Below are positions 38,720 to 52,040 of a stretch of DNA of 64,000 bases, one piece after another. Origin of the DNA: the human T2T-CHM13v2.0 reference genome, Homo sapiens; NCBI RefSeq assembly GCF_009914755.1, contig NC_060941.1; one strand, 5' to 3'. The notes below the pieces were generated by a model. It made no database searches. It was given only the letters and a program-made list of their open reading frames with translations, and was not told where the DNA came from. The translations under genes were made by a program, and so were the position numbers. Position 1 is the stretch's first letter. Each line of letters opens with the position of its first letter.

Positions 38720-39495
38720 GCTGGAAGTCACCCTAGAGGCTCTCCTCTTCTTTAGCACTCCTGACATCCAATCAATTACCAAGTCCAGTAGATCCTGTCT
38801 CCTAAGTAACTCTTTATGCCCCTTGCTCTCACTCCCTCCTCAACTTCCTGGGCTTAAGTTCTCATCATTTGCAACATGCACCATTTCAGCGGCTTCCTGA
38901 TTTCCAGCACTCAAACCTTGCCCTTCCTCTGCCCTATGAACACAATTCTGACCATGTGACTTCTTTGCTCAAAATCCTTTCCCCTCACCTTCAGAATAAA
39001 AACACACACTCCTTAGCTTTGTGCACTGGGCCCTTCAGACTTGAGACTGTGTACACCTGTCCAGTCTCACTTCTGGCCCTCATCCACCCCGCATCAACAC
39101 ATGCACAGGCACACTTCAGCCTCCAAGAACCCTGAAGGATTTGCACTTCCCTGAGCAAGACTGTTCTCACACATGTAACCTTGTGTCTTTGAAGGAAAAA
39201 TGCTGTCATCCTGGAATGCCCTCCCTTCCTAGTCTGCCGGAACAAGCCTCCTCATCCTTAGGGGTTCAGCCATTCCAGATTCCAGATTTCTCTCTAGAGA
39301 CACAGGCATGTCTTCCCTGGAGCAACCATTTCACTGGGTACAAATCTCTATCCTACCACTCTGTGTTATAAATGCCTCTTGATATCCCAAATCCAGTGCT
39401 AAAGTGTGAAGACAGAGTTTGGGTGCTTTATTTATTCCTTTATCTTTGATGCCCTGCACCCTGGTGCCACCCAATAAATGCTTCTCAAATAAATA
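38720..39495 (+). mobile_element. L2 fragment to 3' end
   Basis: acatccaatcaattaccaagtcc...tctgaccatgtgacttctttgctcaaa...cctggaatgccct...caataaatgctt. Confidence 0.72.
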
Positions 39496-39931
39496 TGTGG
39501 CCTGCAGGCGTACAGAGGCAAGTCTATGGTTTGGCTAGAAGGGGAACTAAATTCCAGCTCCCTCCTGCTGCTGCTCCTGCCACTGATGAAAAGTGTCTTC
39601 CCAACAGGAAGAATGAATGAGCCTTGGGGCGGTGGTAGCAGGTGTGCTGAACTCTGGCTAGGTCTCCTCAACCCCTGAAGGTGAGGCCCTGCTCAAAGCT
39701 TCCTGATTCCTGTTAAGTTCAATGTTTTCTGACAGACACAAGCCAATTAGCTGTCTGCTGCTGGCGGCTGGTTTATTCAACATGGTTTGCTGTTTTGATT
39801 TGAAAACCTAATATTTTTCAGGGATTTGATTTGGTTCCACTGGGGAGCAGAGATAAGCTGTTCAGCCTCAGCCGCTGAGCTGGCTCTAATGGCCCTCATT
39901 CACTGCATACCCAGTATCCAGTGAGTTCTCA

Positions 39932-40180
<249 letters not shown>

Positions 40181-40347
40181 TCAAAGAAGCCAAAGGATGC
40201 CAATGTCCTCCCATTAGATCAGGGTGGTCCCGATGCCTGGGAGTCTGCCCAGCCCCTTCTATGGGGACCTAGTCTGATTCAGCTTCTGTTTCTTCCAAGT
40301 TCTTTCTGATTTGCTGTTGGAAAATCAGAAAGTAATTGATTTTCTGA

Positions 40348-40665
<318 letters not shown>

Positions 40666-40724
40666 CTATCTGGCTTTTTAAAAGCAGGGAACTCTGTTCC
40701 CTTTGTGTTTGTATCCCTGGCTGA

Positions 40725-40990
40725 TAATAATAATTTGTCAGTGTTTAGCCTGTGTCCATGCCTGGTAAGTGTTAAGCACTGTCAACACTCTTCTGATACT
40801 TAATCCCCATAACAGCCCTCTGAGGTTGATACAATTATTACCTCCATCTAATAGAAGGAAAAACTTGAGTCAAAAGAGATTAAGGAATTTATCAATGCCA
40901 ATGTTCACCTTCTAGCAAGAGACCAGTCTGGGTTTGAATTCCACTTTGCCTGATACCAAATCCCATGCTCTTAGCCCTGCACTGTGCCTG
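40725..40990 (-). mobile_element. MIR
   Basis: ttaatccccataacagccctctgagg...gaaaaacttgagtcaaaagagattaagg...ctgggtttgaatt. Confidence 0.7.
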
Positions 40991-41564
40991 GCAGTATCTG
41001 TTGCACGTGGGAGCCCTCAGCACAGTGTTGGGAATACAGCATGGATGCGGCCGTTCTCCCCATCCAAAGTCCTCTCAGCTTTGGGTGAGGGCTGACCTCC
41101 GAGGAGTCACAGCTGCCTTCATCCAGACCCTCTGGATTAGGCCCTGTGTTGCCAACATCTGCCTGAACTACACTTGTATCTGCTATTCCTGTTTGACCCA
41201 GTACATAAGCCCTCCTGGTCCCCCTGGCTCCCATCCCAGAAACCAGCTTCTGTAGCCAGAGAATGCTCACCAGCCCTCCCCGTGGCTTCTTCCCTGCTCT
41301 CTGCCAGCTTTTCTTCCACTTTTCAGTTTGGTTAAGATCTGAAGTCTCCCATGATCCACTATTAAGGATGAATGATTAGGCTTCAAATTAGAAGGCACTT
41401 AGGAATTGTCTGAAAGGGCTGACATTTCACTCCAGTTGGGAAGTTTTTAATCAATTCCCAGATCAATGCACAGCTCTCCTAATTGGAAGAATCTGACGGA
41501 AATCAGAGGGCTACTCAGTTTTTATAAAGTATCTATAAAAATAGATAGGTTAGGGAGCTAGTGT

Positions 41565-41760
41565 TGACCAAGTGACGTATGTTGGTTGCGTTAATACAAG
41601 TATTGTCTGTACAGTGAGGGAGGTGATTGGCTCTTGATTTGGTGAGTCCCAGGTTACATGGAGGAAGGTAGACAATATTTCCCTGGGAGAGCTGGGAAGG
41701 TTAAAGGATGCTAGAGGGAGGATACCATAGCCATGGCCCTATAGTGCTATCTCTTTGAAC
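41565..41760 (+). mobile_element. CR1/L3 fragment
   Basis: ttggttgcgttaatacaagtattgtctgtacagtgagggaggtgatt resembles the L3 RT C-terminal region. Confidence 0.5.
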
Positions 41761-42644
41761 TGAAAAAAACTGGAATCAGTGCCTTACTTGAAAAGTGATA
41801 GAGGTGCTGCTCAGCAGCCCTGGGCAAACTTCCAGGGTAGCAAACCCAGTTCTGCCAGAAGCTCTGGCCTTCAGTAATATCCCAGGGAGAGAAGCGGTGA
41901 CCCTGTAAGGCTGAAGAGCTAAGGATGATTATGCCAATGGAAATCCCTAAAGAGATTTTATGTTTCTCAGCTGCAGTACCATGAGGCTCAGCAAGACGAG
42001 GAAGGGGCTTGTTCAAGACTTGGGCATCCCTCTTGATACTTATTCATTGAAGGTCAAATGCAGGTTACATGTGACTCAGGTGCGGTTGCCCTGTTAAGCC
42101 CTTTATGGGACCAGGTCTCTCTAGGCCCACCAGCGGCCATCTCTCTACTTTTCACACAGTTGCCCCAGGGATGTTTCTGCAACTTGCATCTGATCACTTT
42201 TCTTCCCTACCCTCAATCCCTCTGTGGCTCCCAATCATCTGTAAGAACTTTGGGATCTCATTCCTGCAGTATCTTCAGCTTCTTCATCTATCAGTTCCTT
42301 CCTTCCCCATCTCACATAAGTTGGTCGCATGCTGACAGTTCCTGAAAAAGCCAGACTATGCCGCTTCTGTAGGTCCTGGTTCACATGGTTCCTTTTCTCT
42401 GAGTGCCCCTCTGCTCCTGTCTGTGCAGTGACCACCTACTCAGCTTTCACGAACCAGTCTGCACATGCCAACTCCATAAAGCCTTTCCTGCCCCTTTCCT
42501 GCCCCCTTTCCCTGTCCTCCCCGGAGAAAGGAAAGGACCTTGTGTGTGCCCCGTGGAGATGTCTGACTTGTACCCCCTAGTGCACTGATGTCCCCTTTAG
42601 GACCATGCCACTTAGCTCTCTATGACAAGCATGCTATGAAACAC

Positions 42645-42880
42645 TGCAGCACAGTGCTCAAGGTCAAGGGTTCCAAATCCTAGCTCTGACACTCCCTGCT
42701 GTGTGGCCTTAACAATCTACTTAACCTTCTGAGCCTGTTTTCTCCTCTGTAATATGGAAAAGATAATAGTACTTCCCTTACTGGGTTATTGAAAGAATCA
42801 AATGTGAAAATTCAGGCAGTGTTCAGTCACACTGCCTGGTCTATGGTGTATGCTCAGTAAGCATTAGTTATTATTGTTTG
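42645..42880 (+). mobile_element. MIR
   Basis: acttaaccttctgagcctgttttctcctctgtaatatggaaaagataatagtac. Confidence 0.8.
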
Positions 42881-43499
42881 TATTCTTGTCATCATCATCA
42901 TAACTAGCATCATCATTTGTTGAGTTGAGATCTGGTCTGGCATTGAGTAGGTGCTATACACAAAAGTATAAAATTAAGGACTGACATGCAAAGTCCTATC
43001 TCACCAAAAGGGTGAGACCATTCTTTAAATTCTTATCTGCAAATTAATATTTGTTGAGTGACTAAATGGAAAAGTGTGGATAAAATGTGACTCTCAGATT
43101 GGAGTAAAGTTGGAGAATAAACCTGGGTAAGGAGCAAGTGGAAGGTTGTCCAATTTCTGTGGATGGGGCCCAAGAAGACACTGCCACATGGTGGTGGGAG
43201 GGAGTCAGAGGCCCTGAAGCCAGGCAACGTACAGGTCAAGCAATGCCAGCCCCTTGGGCTAAGGGAAGCAATTATTGGAGAGTCAGAAATCTGTACTTTG
43301 AGAACCTGCCTTTATGTGGCTGGTGTTTTCTGTAGTTATTTCGTTTGTGCTCCCCCTCAGTCTTAAGCGTGGCATGCTGCTTTTAGTGATTTTTTTTTTT
43401 TTTTTTGGAGGGAGAGTTTCTTTTTGATGCCAGCCCGTCTCAGCTATACTAAGGAGAAACAGAGAAAGTGACTGAACTGAAATGTAAATGGAGGGACTG

Positions 43500-43695
43500 C
43501 AGTCTCATGATGACATTATGGGCTTTGGAGAGAGACCTACCCATGTTTGATGTCTGCTGGTTCTGTGACGTTTTTGTATCTCAGTTTCCTCATCAGTAAA
43601 ATGGGGATAAGAATAGTATCCACTGCAAAATGTTGCCGGGAAGATGGAATGCGATTGTGCCCACAGGGTGCTTAGCATTATGCCTGGCACATTGA
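43500..43695 (+). mobile_element. MIR
   Basis: tctcagtttcctcatcagtaaaatggggataagaatagta...gtgcttagcattatgcctggcaca. Confidence 0.8.
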
Positions 43696-43779
43696 CAGAG
43701 AGGACAAAGACAGAAGTTAAAGGCATTGGGGGTGGTATAGCATCCATAGGTGGAAGGAAATGAAGGGGAAGGGGGAGTC

Positions 43780-44006
43780 AAAGTCTGAGAGTCCCAAAAG
43801 GCAAGTGAACTCTGGAGCACCTGAAAATCTCCTTCCAGGGTGGAATGTGTTCCCCTGGGAGGGCCCTTTGTTATATTCAAATAAAGAAGGTTATTGTCTG
43901 AGGGGGACTTGATCACCATTTTCAAATATTTGATAAGAAAGATAAGAGGGTATGGTGTAGGACAGATGACCTTTAGGTCTCTTCCAAGTCTGAGATTCTC
44001 TGATTC
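43780..44006 (+). mobile_element. CR1/L3 3' end
   Basis: ctgagggggacttgatcaccattttcaaatatttga...gatgacctttaggtctcttccaagtctgagattctctgattc. Confidence 0.65.
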
Positions 44007-44084
44007 AAGAATGGGGAAGGGCCCAAAAGTGGTTGTATTATTGGTTCAAAGTAGGGCTGACTACACAGGTCTTGCAGAAAAGGA

Positions 44085-44310
44085 GGCAGCATGGCAGAAG
44101 TTATAAGTGAGGGCTTGAGGGACAGAACTGGGTTCAATTCCTGGTTCTGCCACTTATTAGCTGTGTGACCTGGGAAAATCAACTAACCTCTCTGAGTCTC
44201 AGTTTTCTCATCTGGAAGATGATAATATTTACCACAGAGGGTTTGTGATGATCAAATGATATAATGCACGGAAATCCCTTGGCTAGTATGTAGAACCTAG
44301 TAGTGATAGA
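44085..44310 (+). mobile_element. MIR
   Basis: ctgggttcaattcctggttctgccacttattagctgtgtgacctgggaaaatcaactaacctctctgagtctcagttttctcatctg. Confidence 0.88.
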
Positions 44311-44656
44311 TTCATTGCATTTAAGAATGTCTAATGTTAGTGAAATAATTTACCTGCAATAATAATATGATACATCAAAACAACATAATAATAATGCTTA
44401 AGATTGTTGTTATTGATAAAGTAACACACAATTCTCTGTCACGGTTCAGATTAAACGTGGAGCTGTGGGATATGGAAGCCCTGCATGCCCCAGCACTCAG
44501 GACTGCCCAGTGCTGGGACAGTGTCCCTAGTCACATGTTTTGTAGGCCAGTCAGAAGATCGTACTCCACCCCTACCCCCAACCCTTGACCATGAGCCCCG
44601 AGAACCTGGAAGCTGCTTTTCCCAGTAAACTATGGAGTGTTTGGTGCACTCTTTGA

Positions 44657-44798
44657 TTTTTATTTATTTATTTACTTATTGGTAGAGATGGGGGTCTTGC
44701 CATGTCACCCATGCTGATCCCAAACTCCTGGCCTCAAGTCCTCCTGCCTCAGGCTCCCAAAGTGCAAAGATTACAGATGTGAACCAGTGTACCTGGCC
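44657..44798 (-). mobile_element. FLAM_C / Alu left monomer
   Basis: gtagagatgggggtcttgccatgt...aactcctggcctcaagt...cctggcc; degenerate TSD tggtgcactctttga / tggtccaccctttga. Confidence 0.85.
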
Positions 44799-46572
44799 TG
44801 GTCCACCCTTTGAAACTCCCTCTGCACCTTTTCTGACTCTTCTTGACCAAGCTTGTCTCTAACCTTACAACAACAATGCCAGCAATAATAATAACAGCTG
44901 CTATTTATGTTGCATTTACTTTCTACTTGTAGATGACATTGTGCCAAGAGTTCTCTGTAAGTGCTCTAATTTAATCTTCAAATATAGTTGGGGTTCCAGG
45001 AGGTTTGATAACTTGAGCAGAAAGCCCTGGATTACAGCCTAGTTGAGGAAGAAGACCCAGAAGCTCTCTTACTTTTGCTCCCTGCTGGCTTCTCCTGTGT
45101 GGGTTCCAGCACAAAGCCTCCTCCCCTAGAAACATCAGGCTGAGTGAAGGCAACATGATTTTGCCTCAGTGCTGCCTTTCTTCTCCAAGGACTGGTGAGG
45201 GTCGGGTCTCCAGGGAGTCATCTGAGAGAGTGTTACCCTGATTCTCACTGGAGTGCATCAACCCAATGCCCATGAAGCCCAGGGGCTTGCCACAGCGCTC
45301 CTGACCTGTGCGAGGGTCCAAAAAGGCTCTTGTGTGAGCCATTCCCCACCTGTGGGGTGCAACAAGGACCAGGACACCTGCTTCTCTGGGCAGCCCTGAC
45401 ATCTGGACACAATGCAGAGGGCAGATCACGAGTGGACTCTGGGACATAGAAAGGTGAGATAGCAAGGAAGGACCGGTTAGAAAATAAACATCACAGCATT
45501 GACCCAATCCCAGTCCCTGCCACAAGCTTGGGTGCCCCAAACTTGGCCACAGGGAGCCTGTTTCTGCTGGGTCGAGGGGTTGCTGGAGTTGACATGCCCA
45601 GGGCCTCTCAGTTCATGTGCTCACCCCTTGCATTTCATGCAGCCTACGCCTGCCATGTCTGCCAATTAGCATAAGGCAGTATGTCCGGCAAAAAACAGGT
45701 GGGTGTTTCCTTCTCCCTATGCACAGGGATTGTGCCCAGAGCACATACCCATATCTCATTCTCTGTAGCAACAGCCACACCCATGCCCCAACCATTTAAT
45801 AGCTTCTCAGCCTGTCCTATTCTAAGGCAGGAAAGGGTCGGTGGCAGTTCCAGCCTTATCCTCAGGGTCTGACACAATCGGGCTTTTACGAAAGGCATGT
45901 TTTACTGCCACCTGGGTCTAGCCTAGTGACCCTGAGACCCTGCCTCTTCATGACTCCTAAGCCCATCTTCTGTGCAAAGCCCCAGAGCTAGGGGCTTCCA
46001 GAGGCATTTCCTGCCTTATTCTTTGTGCCTTAATCTGTGTCCCAGGATCCTGCCCTTGCCCTCAGGTTCTCTGGGCTCCTACTAGTATTCCCCAAACCTG
46101 GTGGGTGCTGCTAGACCACAGCTTGAACTCCCAAACACCTGCAACAGGCCCCCAAGAGTTGGACTTCCCATTCACGTGGATTTTAGAGCTAAGCCTACTT
46201 CTGGATTTCCCATTGCTGGGCCCTATATGACTGTCACACTCTCTAGTTCCCTGAATATACTGCCCACATTCTGACAGTGCCATAGGGCTGTCATCTATGT
46301 CTGGGCTCCAGATTTCAGGATAATTGCTTCTGTCTGATAGATCAACCTCCCCCCTTCAGGTCTAACTAGTTTCTGATCCCATCCTCTCCTAGCCTGCCCT
46401 GTCCAGCTGCAGTGAACACAGTTGTTTCTGGCCCTATCCCAAGGTTTACCAGACCCTTCACCTAAGTTAGTAACAATAATTACTAGCTTGTTCATTCAAA
46501 AAAGCATTAACTACTTTCCTGCCACATGCTAGCCTATGAGGCTTGATACTGGATATTCAGAGAGAGAAAAAC

Positions 46573-46919
46573 TTTTTTTTCTTTTTTTTTTTTTTTTTTT
46601 GAGACAGAGTCTCACTCTGTCGCCCAGGCTGGAGTGCAGTAGTGCGATCTTGGCTCACTGCAAGCTCCGCCTCCCGGGTTCACGCCATTCTCCTGCCTCA
46701 GCCTCCTGAGTAGCTGGGACTACAGGCGCCCAACACCACACCCGGCTAATTGTTTTCTTTCTTTCTTTCTTTCTTTCTTTTTTTTTTTTTTTTGTATTTT
46801 TAGTAGTGACGGGGTTTCGCCCTATTAGCCAGGATGGTCTCAATCTCCTGACCTCGTGATCCACCTGCCTCAGCCTCCTGAAGTGCTGGGATTACAGGCG
46901 TGAGCCACTGCGCCCGGAC
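46573..46919 (-). mobile_element. AluY with (CTTT)n linker expansion, inside an L2
   Basis: ctgcaagctccgcctcccgggttcacgccattctc, ttagccaggatggtctc; degenerate TSD gagaga..actttt. Confidence 0.93.
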
Positions 46920-47304
46920 GAGAGAACTTTTATCATCCCTGTGCGATTGGAGCTTTGGTTTCGTGGAGGAGAGAGACAGTCAATAAACTGGCAAACAAAG
47001 AAATAGAGAATATACTTTGGCAAATAGTGATTATCTTGGGCAGAGGATTATGGGGAATTTCACACATTCCAAGTCACACATTTCTGTAATATTAGAAATT
47101 TTACAAGCATACACTGAGCAGGGAAAGAAGTAAATATTATAAACAAACAAAAGAATATTTGTCATCCAAGTCTAGGGCTTCATCTCCAACTCACTGTTTC
47201 TAAATCAAACGAGTACATGGTGAGGCCATTTATGGAGATGGAGAAGATTATAATGAAATTAGGTTGAACTAGATACAATTGCTGTATTTGTGGGTCAATA
47301 ATGA

Positions 47305-47510
47305 TAATAATAACGTAGCTAAGATTCAGTGAGCACTTGCTACGTCTCAGATACTATGCTAATTGCTGTGAACATATTGTTTCATTTAACACTACAGTCA
47401 TTATTATCCTCTTTTCCAGAAACAGAAGTTTAGGTTAGGCAAATTACTCGACTATTATCTCACGGCTGTGAGGCATAGTAGCTGGGACTCTAACCAGGTC
47501 ATTGTACTCT
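47305..47510 (-). mobile_element. MIR
   Basis: ataataataacgtagctaagattcagtgagcacttgctacgt...tcatttaa...gctgggact. Confidence 0.65.
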
Positions 47511-47919
47511 TAGGTTGGCTGGTCTATTTCCCTTAGAACTACTACCTGCATTAGGGGACATAAGCACATCATAGCAACACCAGTGAAAGCCCAAAGTGGG
47601 AGATAGCATTTAATCTTCTGCTCTGCAAGTGAATTGCTGGAGAATGTATTTTTAAACCCCTATGGGAATGCTGAGAATGCTTAAGAAAGACAGTTAAATA
47701 AACAGAGCGATGAGGAGGCAGGTGAATTTATTTTTAGCGTCTCTCTGTATAGAGAAGGCACCAGAGGCAGAGAACAAGAAATTGCCCTGCATATTAATGG
47801 GGAAGCTGAGAACTGACAACAGAGGAACTGGAAGCTTATGATTCTCCAGCCCTGCCTTCCTGGTAGGTCCCCATTGGAACAAAACCTCATCGCCATGATC
47901 TCTTACTGAAAGAGTCACA

Positions 47920-48390
47920 TAAGGGTATGCTAAGGCACACACAAGGATGCTCACTGCAACTGCAAAACTTAGAAAACCATAGAAATGTTCATCATCAAAG
48001 GACTAGATAAACAGAATGGAGCCCATGCATACAAAGTAATAGTATGCAACCATTTCAATGACGGATACAATTTTATATTAATTGACATGGACTGATGCCC
48101 ATGAAATGTTGTTTAGAGAAGCAAGCAAGTTGCAGAACAATATTGCATTATTTTGTTTTTGTAAAAATTAACAATGATGTGTATATGTGTGAATATATGT
48201 GGATATGTTATGTGCATATATACATATTAATACAGATTCAAAATGCTAGTATATGCAAATAAAACATACAGGGAAAGGTGTCAAAATATTAACGGGTCAT
48301 GGTAGAGTTTCATGTTTTAAGTTGTGCATTTCTGAATGTTATAATATTTATAAGGATATCCTGAGTTTGACCATTAAAATACAACAAGAT
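47920..48390 (+). mobile_element. L1ME/MD-type 3' fragment
   Basis: cacaaggatgctcactgcaa...aaatgttcatcatcaaaggactagataaac...aagcaagttgcagaacaat. Confidence 0.65.
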
Positions 48391-49659
48391 AATCTTATAT
48401 ATTCTTGCTTCTCCTGTCCTAATCAGCATGACGTGCCTTAGGGGGAAGAAGGCAGCCTTCAGTCCCTCTCATTATCCTACCATGTGTCAGGACATCTGGC
48501 CTCAAACCTCATTATTGGGCCACCTTGTTGTCCTGTAGAGAGCTAACAGGACCCGCCCTGGCTGGTTTGAGAGCTAGTATTCAGGTGGAAAGCTTGGGAA
48601 GATGCCTGGCCCTCCTTTTATCATCTCCATACGGCTGCCCTGATTTCTTTCTAAGAGTCCATATTTATGGGGCACATGTCTCTGGGCTGCTTTCCGCAGC
48701 TGAGAAGATATTAACTGAAATTTTCTCAATCATTCACTCTACTCCTTTCTAGGAAGCAAATAGTTCTGAAAGTCTTTATCTGGATATGCATACACACACA
48801 GCACTCAGACACACACCAATATGAGCTCAGACACTTGCATGGCAACACACCAAGTGACAAAGACAACCTACAACTACTCAAACTCCATGCTTACAAAGCT
48901 GCAGACACATGGCAGTAACACACAAGCATATGCATGCACACACACCCACACACACACACACACCACACACCTGTACAATTCTCTCCAGCTTTGAAAGAGA
49001 AAAAAGGGGAGGTGTACTCTAGACCCTCCAGCAGGCTGACCAAAGAAACTTCTGAACATGCAACACTTCTTTCTCCCCTTCCTCCTTCTTCTCCTCCCCT
49101 TGTTCCTCTTCCCTCTCTTCTTTCTCTTCCACTATTGTCCCTATGCAAGATGATTTTTTTCTAAGCTCCCTTAGAAAAAAAGCTAAGATTTTTTTCTAAG
49201 CTCAGAGGCTAAATGATGCAGCTAGAAGCAGAATCTGGACCACCAATTAAAAACTGCCTGAGGTAGCAAGGAGCAGGTTTTTCCTTGATTGTTTCTCCCT
49301 ACCTGCCTGTACTGCTGCCTCTCCCAAAGCAGCAAGCTGGCCACTGAAGTGCCCTTTTCCAAAGAGCAGCTCGGCTCCTAGATCTGCATCTCCAGCTCCT
49401 GCTCCGATTCCTCTGGTTACTCTGGGCACCTCCAAGCTCCCCACCCTACCTTATGTCCACATACAAAGGATGGGTTTGGAGAGGGAGGAAAGAGGAACTA
49501 GAAAGGAGATTTTTAGCATCAGAAAGGAACTCATACTAAATACATTTTTGTTGGGGATGAATGGGAAGATTTTTTCTCACGTCTTTGTTCCCAAGTTTTG
49601 ATGAAAATTTGTGCTGTAAGGGATCTTTCTGCTTCCCACTCCAGTGGCTATAAACAGCC

Positions 49660-49760
49660 ACACATATACACCTTAAAACATCATCTTGAACACAATAAAT
49701 ATACACAATGCTATCTGTCAATTTAAAAGAAAGAAAGCAAATAAGGAAGGAAGGAAGGGC
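49660..49760 (+). mobile_element. L1MA 3' terminus
   Basis: aaaacatcatcttgaacacaataaatatacacaatgctatctgtcaatt plus A-rich tail. Confidence 0.65.
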
Positions 49761-49781
49761 AAACCACATCCTTGTCAACAT

Positions 49782-50522
49782 TGTAATTACCTGACTACCT
49801 GACTGGTACTTCCTGCCTGCTGCACAAATGAAACTAGTTCACTGAGCCCGTGGTATTACAGTAAAGAAAGAGTTTAATTGAAAGGAGGTCAGCCAGGTGG
49901 AAGAATTGTAGTTATCACTCAAATAAGTCTCCCCAGAGGCTGAGAGGTTAGGGTTTTTCAAGGATAGTTTGGCGGATGAGGGGCTAGGGAACGGGTGCTG
50001 CTGATTGGCTGGAGATGCAATCAAGGGGTATGGAAAATGGTTCTTGTGTACAGAGTCTGCCTCTGGGTGGGGGCCACAGGACTGGTTGAGTTATGAGTCA
50101 AAAGTCTAGATAGGCTCAGTCAGTTGCCAGAATTCAAAAGTCTGAAAAACATCTCAAAAGACAAATCTTAGGTTCTTATAATAATGATGTTATCTACAGG
50201 AGTAATTGGAGAAGTTACAAGTCTTGTGGCTTCCAGAACAGTCTGTCTATCATTTAACTATACCTATATATTAGCAGAATTCAGGTTCCCCTCATAATCC
50301 TAACCTGTGGTGTTTCATTAGTTTTACAAGGGTGATTTAGTTTTGGGAAGGGCTAGTCTCATCCTTGCTTTAAAGTTAAATTATAAGTTAAATTCCTCCC
50401 GTGATTAGCCTGGCCTCTGCCCAGGAATGAGCAAGGACAGTTAGCCTGTGAGGATAGAAGCAAGATGGAGTTAGCTATGCTAGATTTATCTCACTGTCAT
50501 AATCTTTGCTAAGGCAGTTTCA
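49782..50522 (-). mobile_element. LTR8/LTR8A (ERV1) solo LTR
   Basis: Reverse strand starts tgaaactgccttagcaaagattatgacagtgag...ctccatcttgcttct; TG..CA termini; 4-bp TSD acat at 49778-49781 and 50523-50526. Confidence 0.88.
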
Positions 50523-50630
50523 ACATCACCAAGAATGCTCTGATCGATGAGTGTTGTCTGCCGAGGATGTAACGCGGAGTAGAACCACATATGCACACCA
50601 TTTGCATGAATGCATGCCTGCCTAGTTTGT

Positions 50631-50649
50631 ACACACACACACACACACA
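50631..50649 (+). repeat. (AC)n microsatellite
   Basis: Direct reading. Confidence 0.9.
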
Positions 50650-51677
50650 AACATTTATTTGTCATTTATTGAGAGTATTATATCTTGGATACAATGTTGG
50701 GACCTAGGACCTGTGCTCCAGGAGTCATTGTTGAACAGAGAGATGGGTATAGCAGCTCCTGCCAGTGCCCCACCTCAAGAAGGCTGCTTAATGAGAGCTG
50801 CTGTGACTCTGCCTGAGAATTTTTTTTTCCTGGCAGCCCAAGCACATTTTATCCCTGAACAGAATAAGCCAAAACTACCAGAGGATTAGTATCCCTGGGC
50901 TGCCCTCAACCAAGGATGGATGGTGAGTTAGTGGGCACTTCCCGGCTTCCTTGTCCATCAGTTGCAAAACCTTCAAGGCCTATTTCCTGGAGTTCTCTGG
51001 CAGGACTGCACCCCAGTTGTCCTGGGTGGTCATGGGCCAGATAACACACCCTTTACTGAATTTTTCCCTTTTCTGCCTCCGTTCCCCAAAGCAAAGAATG
51101 AAGAGAGGTTGTCACCGGTGTCTAATGAGTGATATAAAGGTGAAGAGGAGATACCATGGGAGCTCACCATGGGGAGACCCAACCAGCCAAGCAGACCAAG
51201 GCCAAACTGGTGATGGGCAGGTGCAGAATGCCAGACGTGAGGCTTTTCCAAGGAGTCAATCTGCTTAAGAGACACAGAATGAAGCAATGTGTGTGGAAGC
51301 ACTTGGTAAACTGGCTAGCTTTGTAGCATGTGGAAAATCATTATTGAGAAATGTGACCAGACAAAGAGATTTCATCCCCTCTCCTGGGTCTCTGCAATCA
51401 GGCAGTTTATCTTCTTAGCCACAGCTTCCCTTTCTGGGCCCTTTTCCAGAACACTCCATGGTCCATGTGAACTTTTTACTCTTTTTCTTCGTTCCAAATC
51501 TTCCCTGAGAAAAGTCTCTTATGTTTATCTTACACCCACTGTGGTGACTTCAGTCAAAGGTTCCCACTCTGGGGTCCCTGGGAGCCTGCTTCTTAGTGAC
51601 CATGAAATTCTCAAAGAGGAACTGCCCCGAGGAGCTGCCTCCTTGGGAGTGGGGCAGGAGCTGTTAATCCTGTGACA

Positions 51678-52040
51678 CAGGAAGTACACTGCACCCATGT
51701 TTCTTCCCAAAGGGGGACCCATTTTCAGCCCAAACACTAATCAGGAAGTGACTCTTCTCACCAAAAGGGGTGGCATAAAAATCTTCCCTTTGCCCCATAC
51801 TAAGGGTGGGCAGAAAGCTCAGGTTAAGAAAAAAAAAAAAAAAAAGCGGAACAAAGCCCTCCATTGTTTAACAAATAGAGCCAGCGGCCAGTATTCGGCA
51901 GAACTTATTGGAGGGAATAAAAGCCTCCAAAAAACATCAATGGATAATGATTATTCTTAAAGTGCCCTTTGAGCAATTGCATTAGGAGAGATGGAAAATA
52001 GTCTGTAAATAGTAACAAGGGTCCTGATACAAGGAAGTGA
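51678..52040. promoter_or_regulatory. Candidate enhancer (ETS sites, inverted SOX pair, FOX-like sites)
   Basis: CAGGAAGT at 51678 and 51742, AAGGAAGT at 52031; ACAAAG-N5-CATTGT at 51851-51867; motif inference only. Confidence 0.35.
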
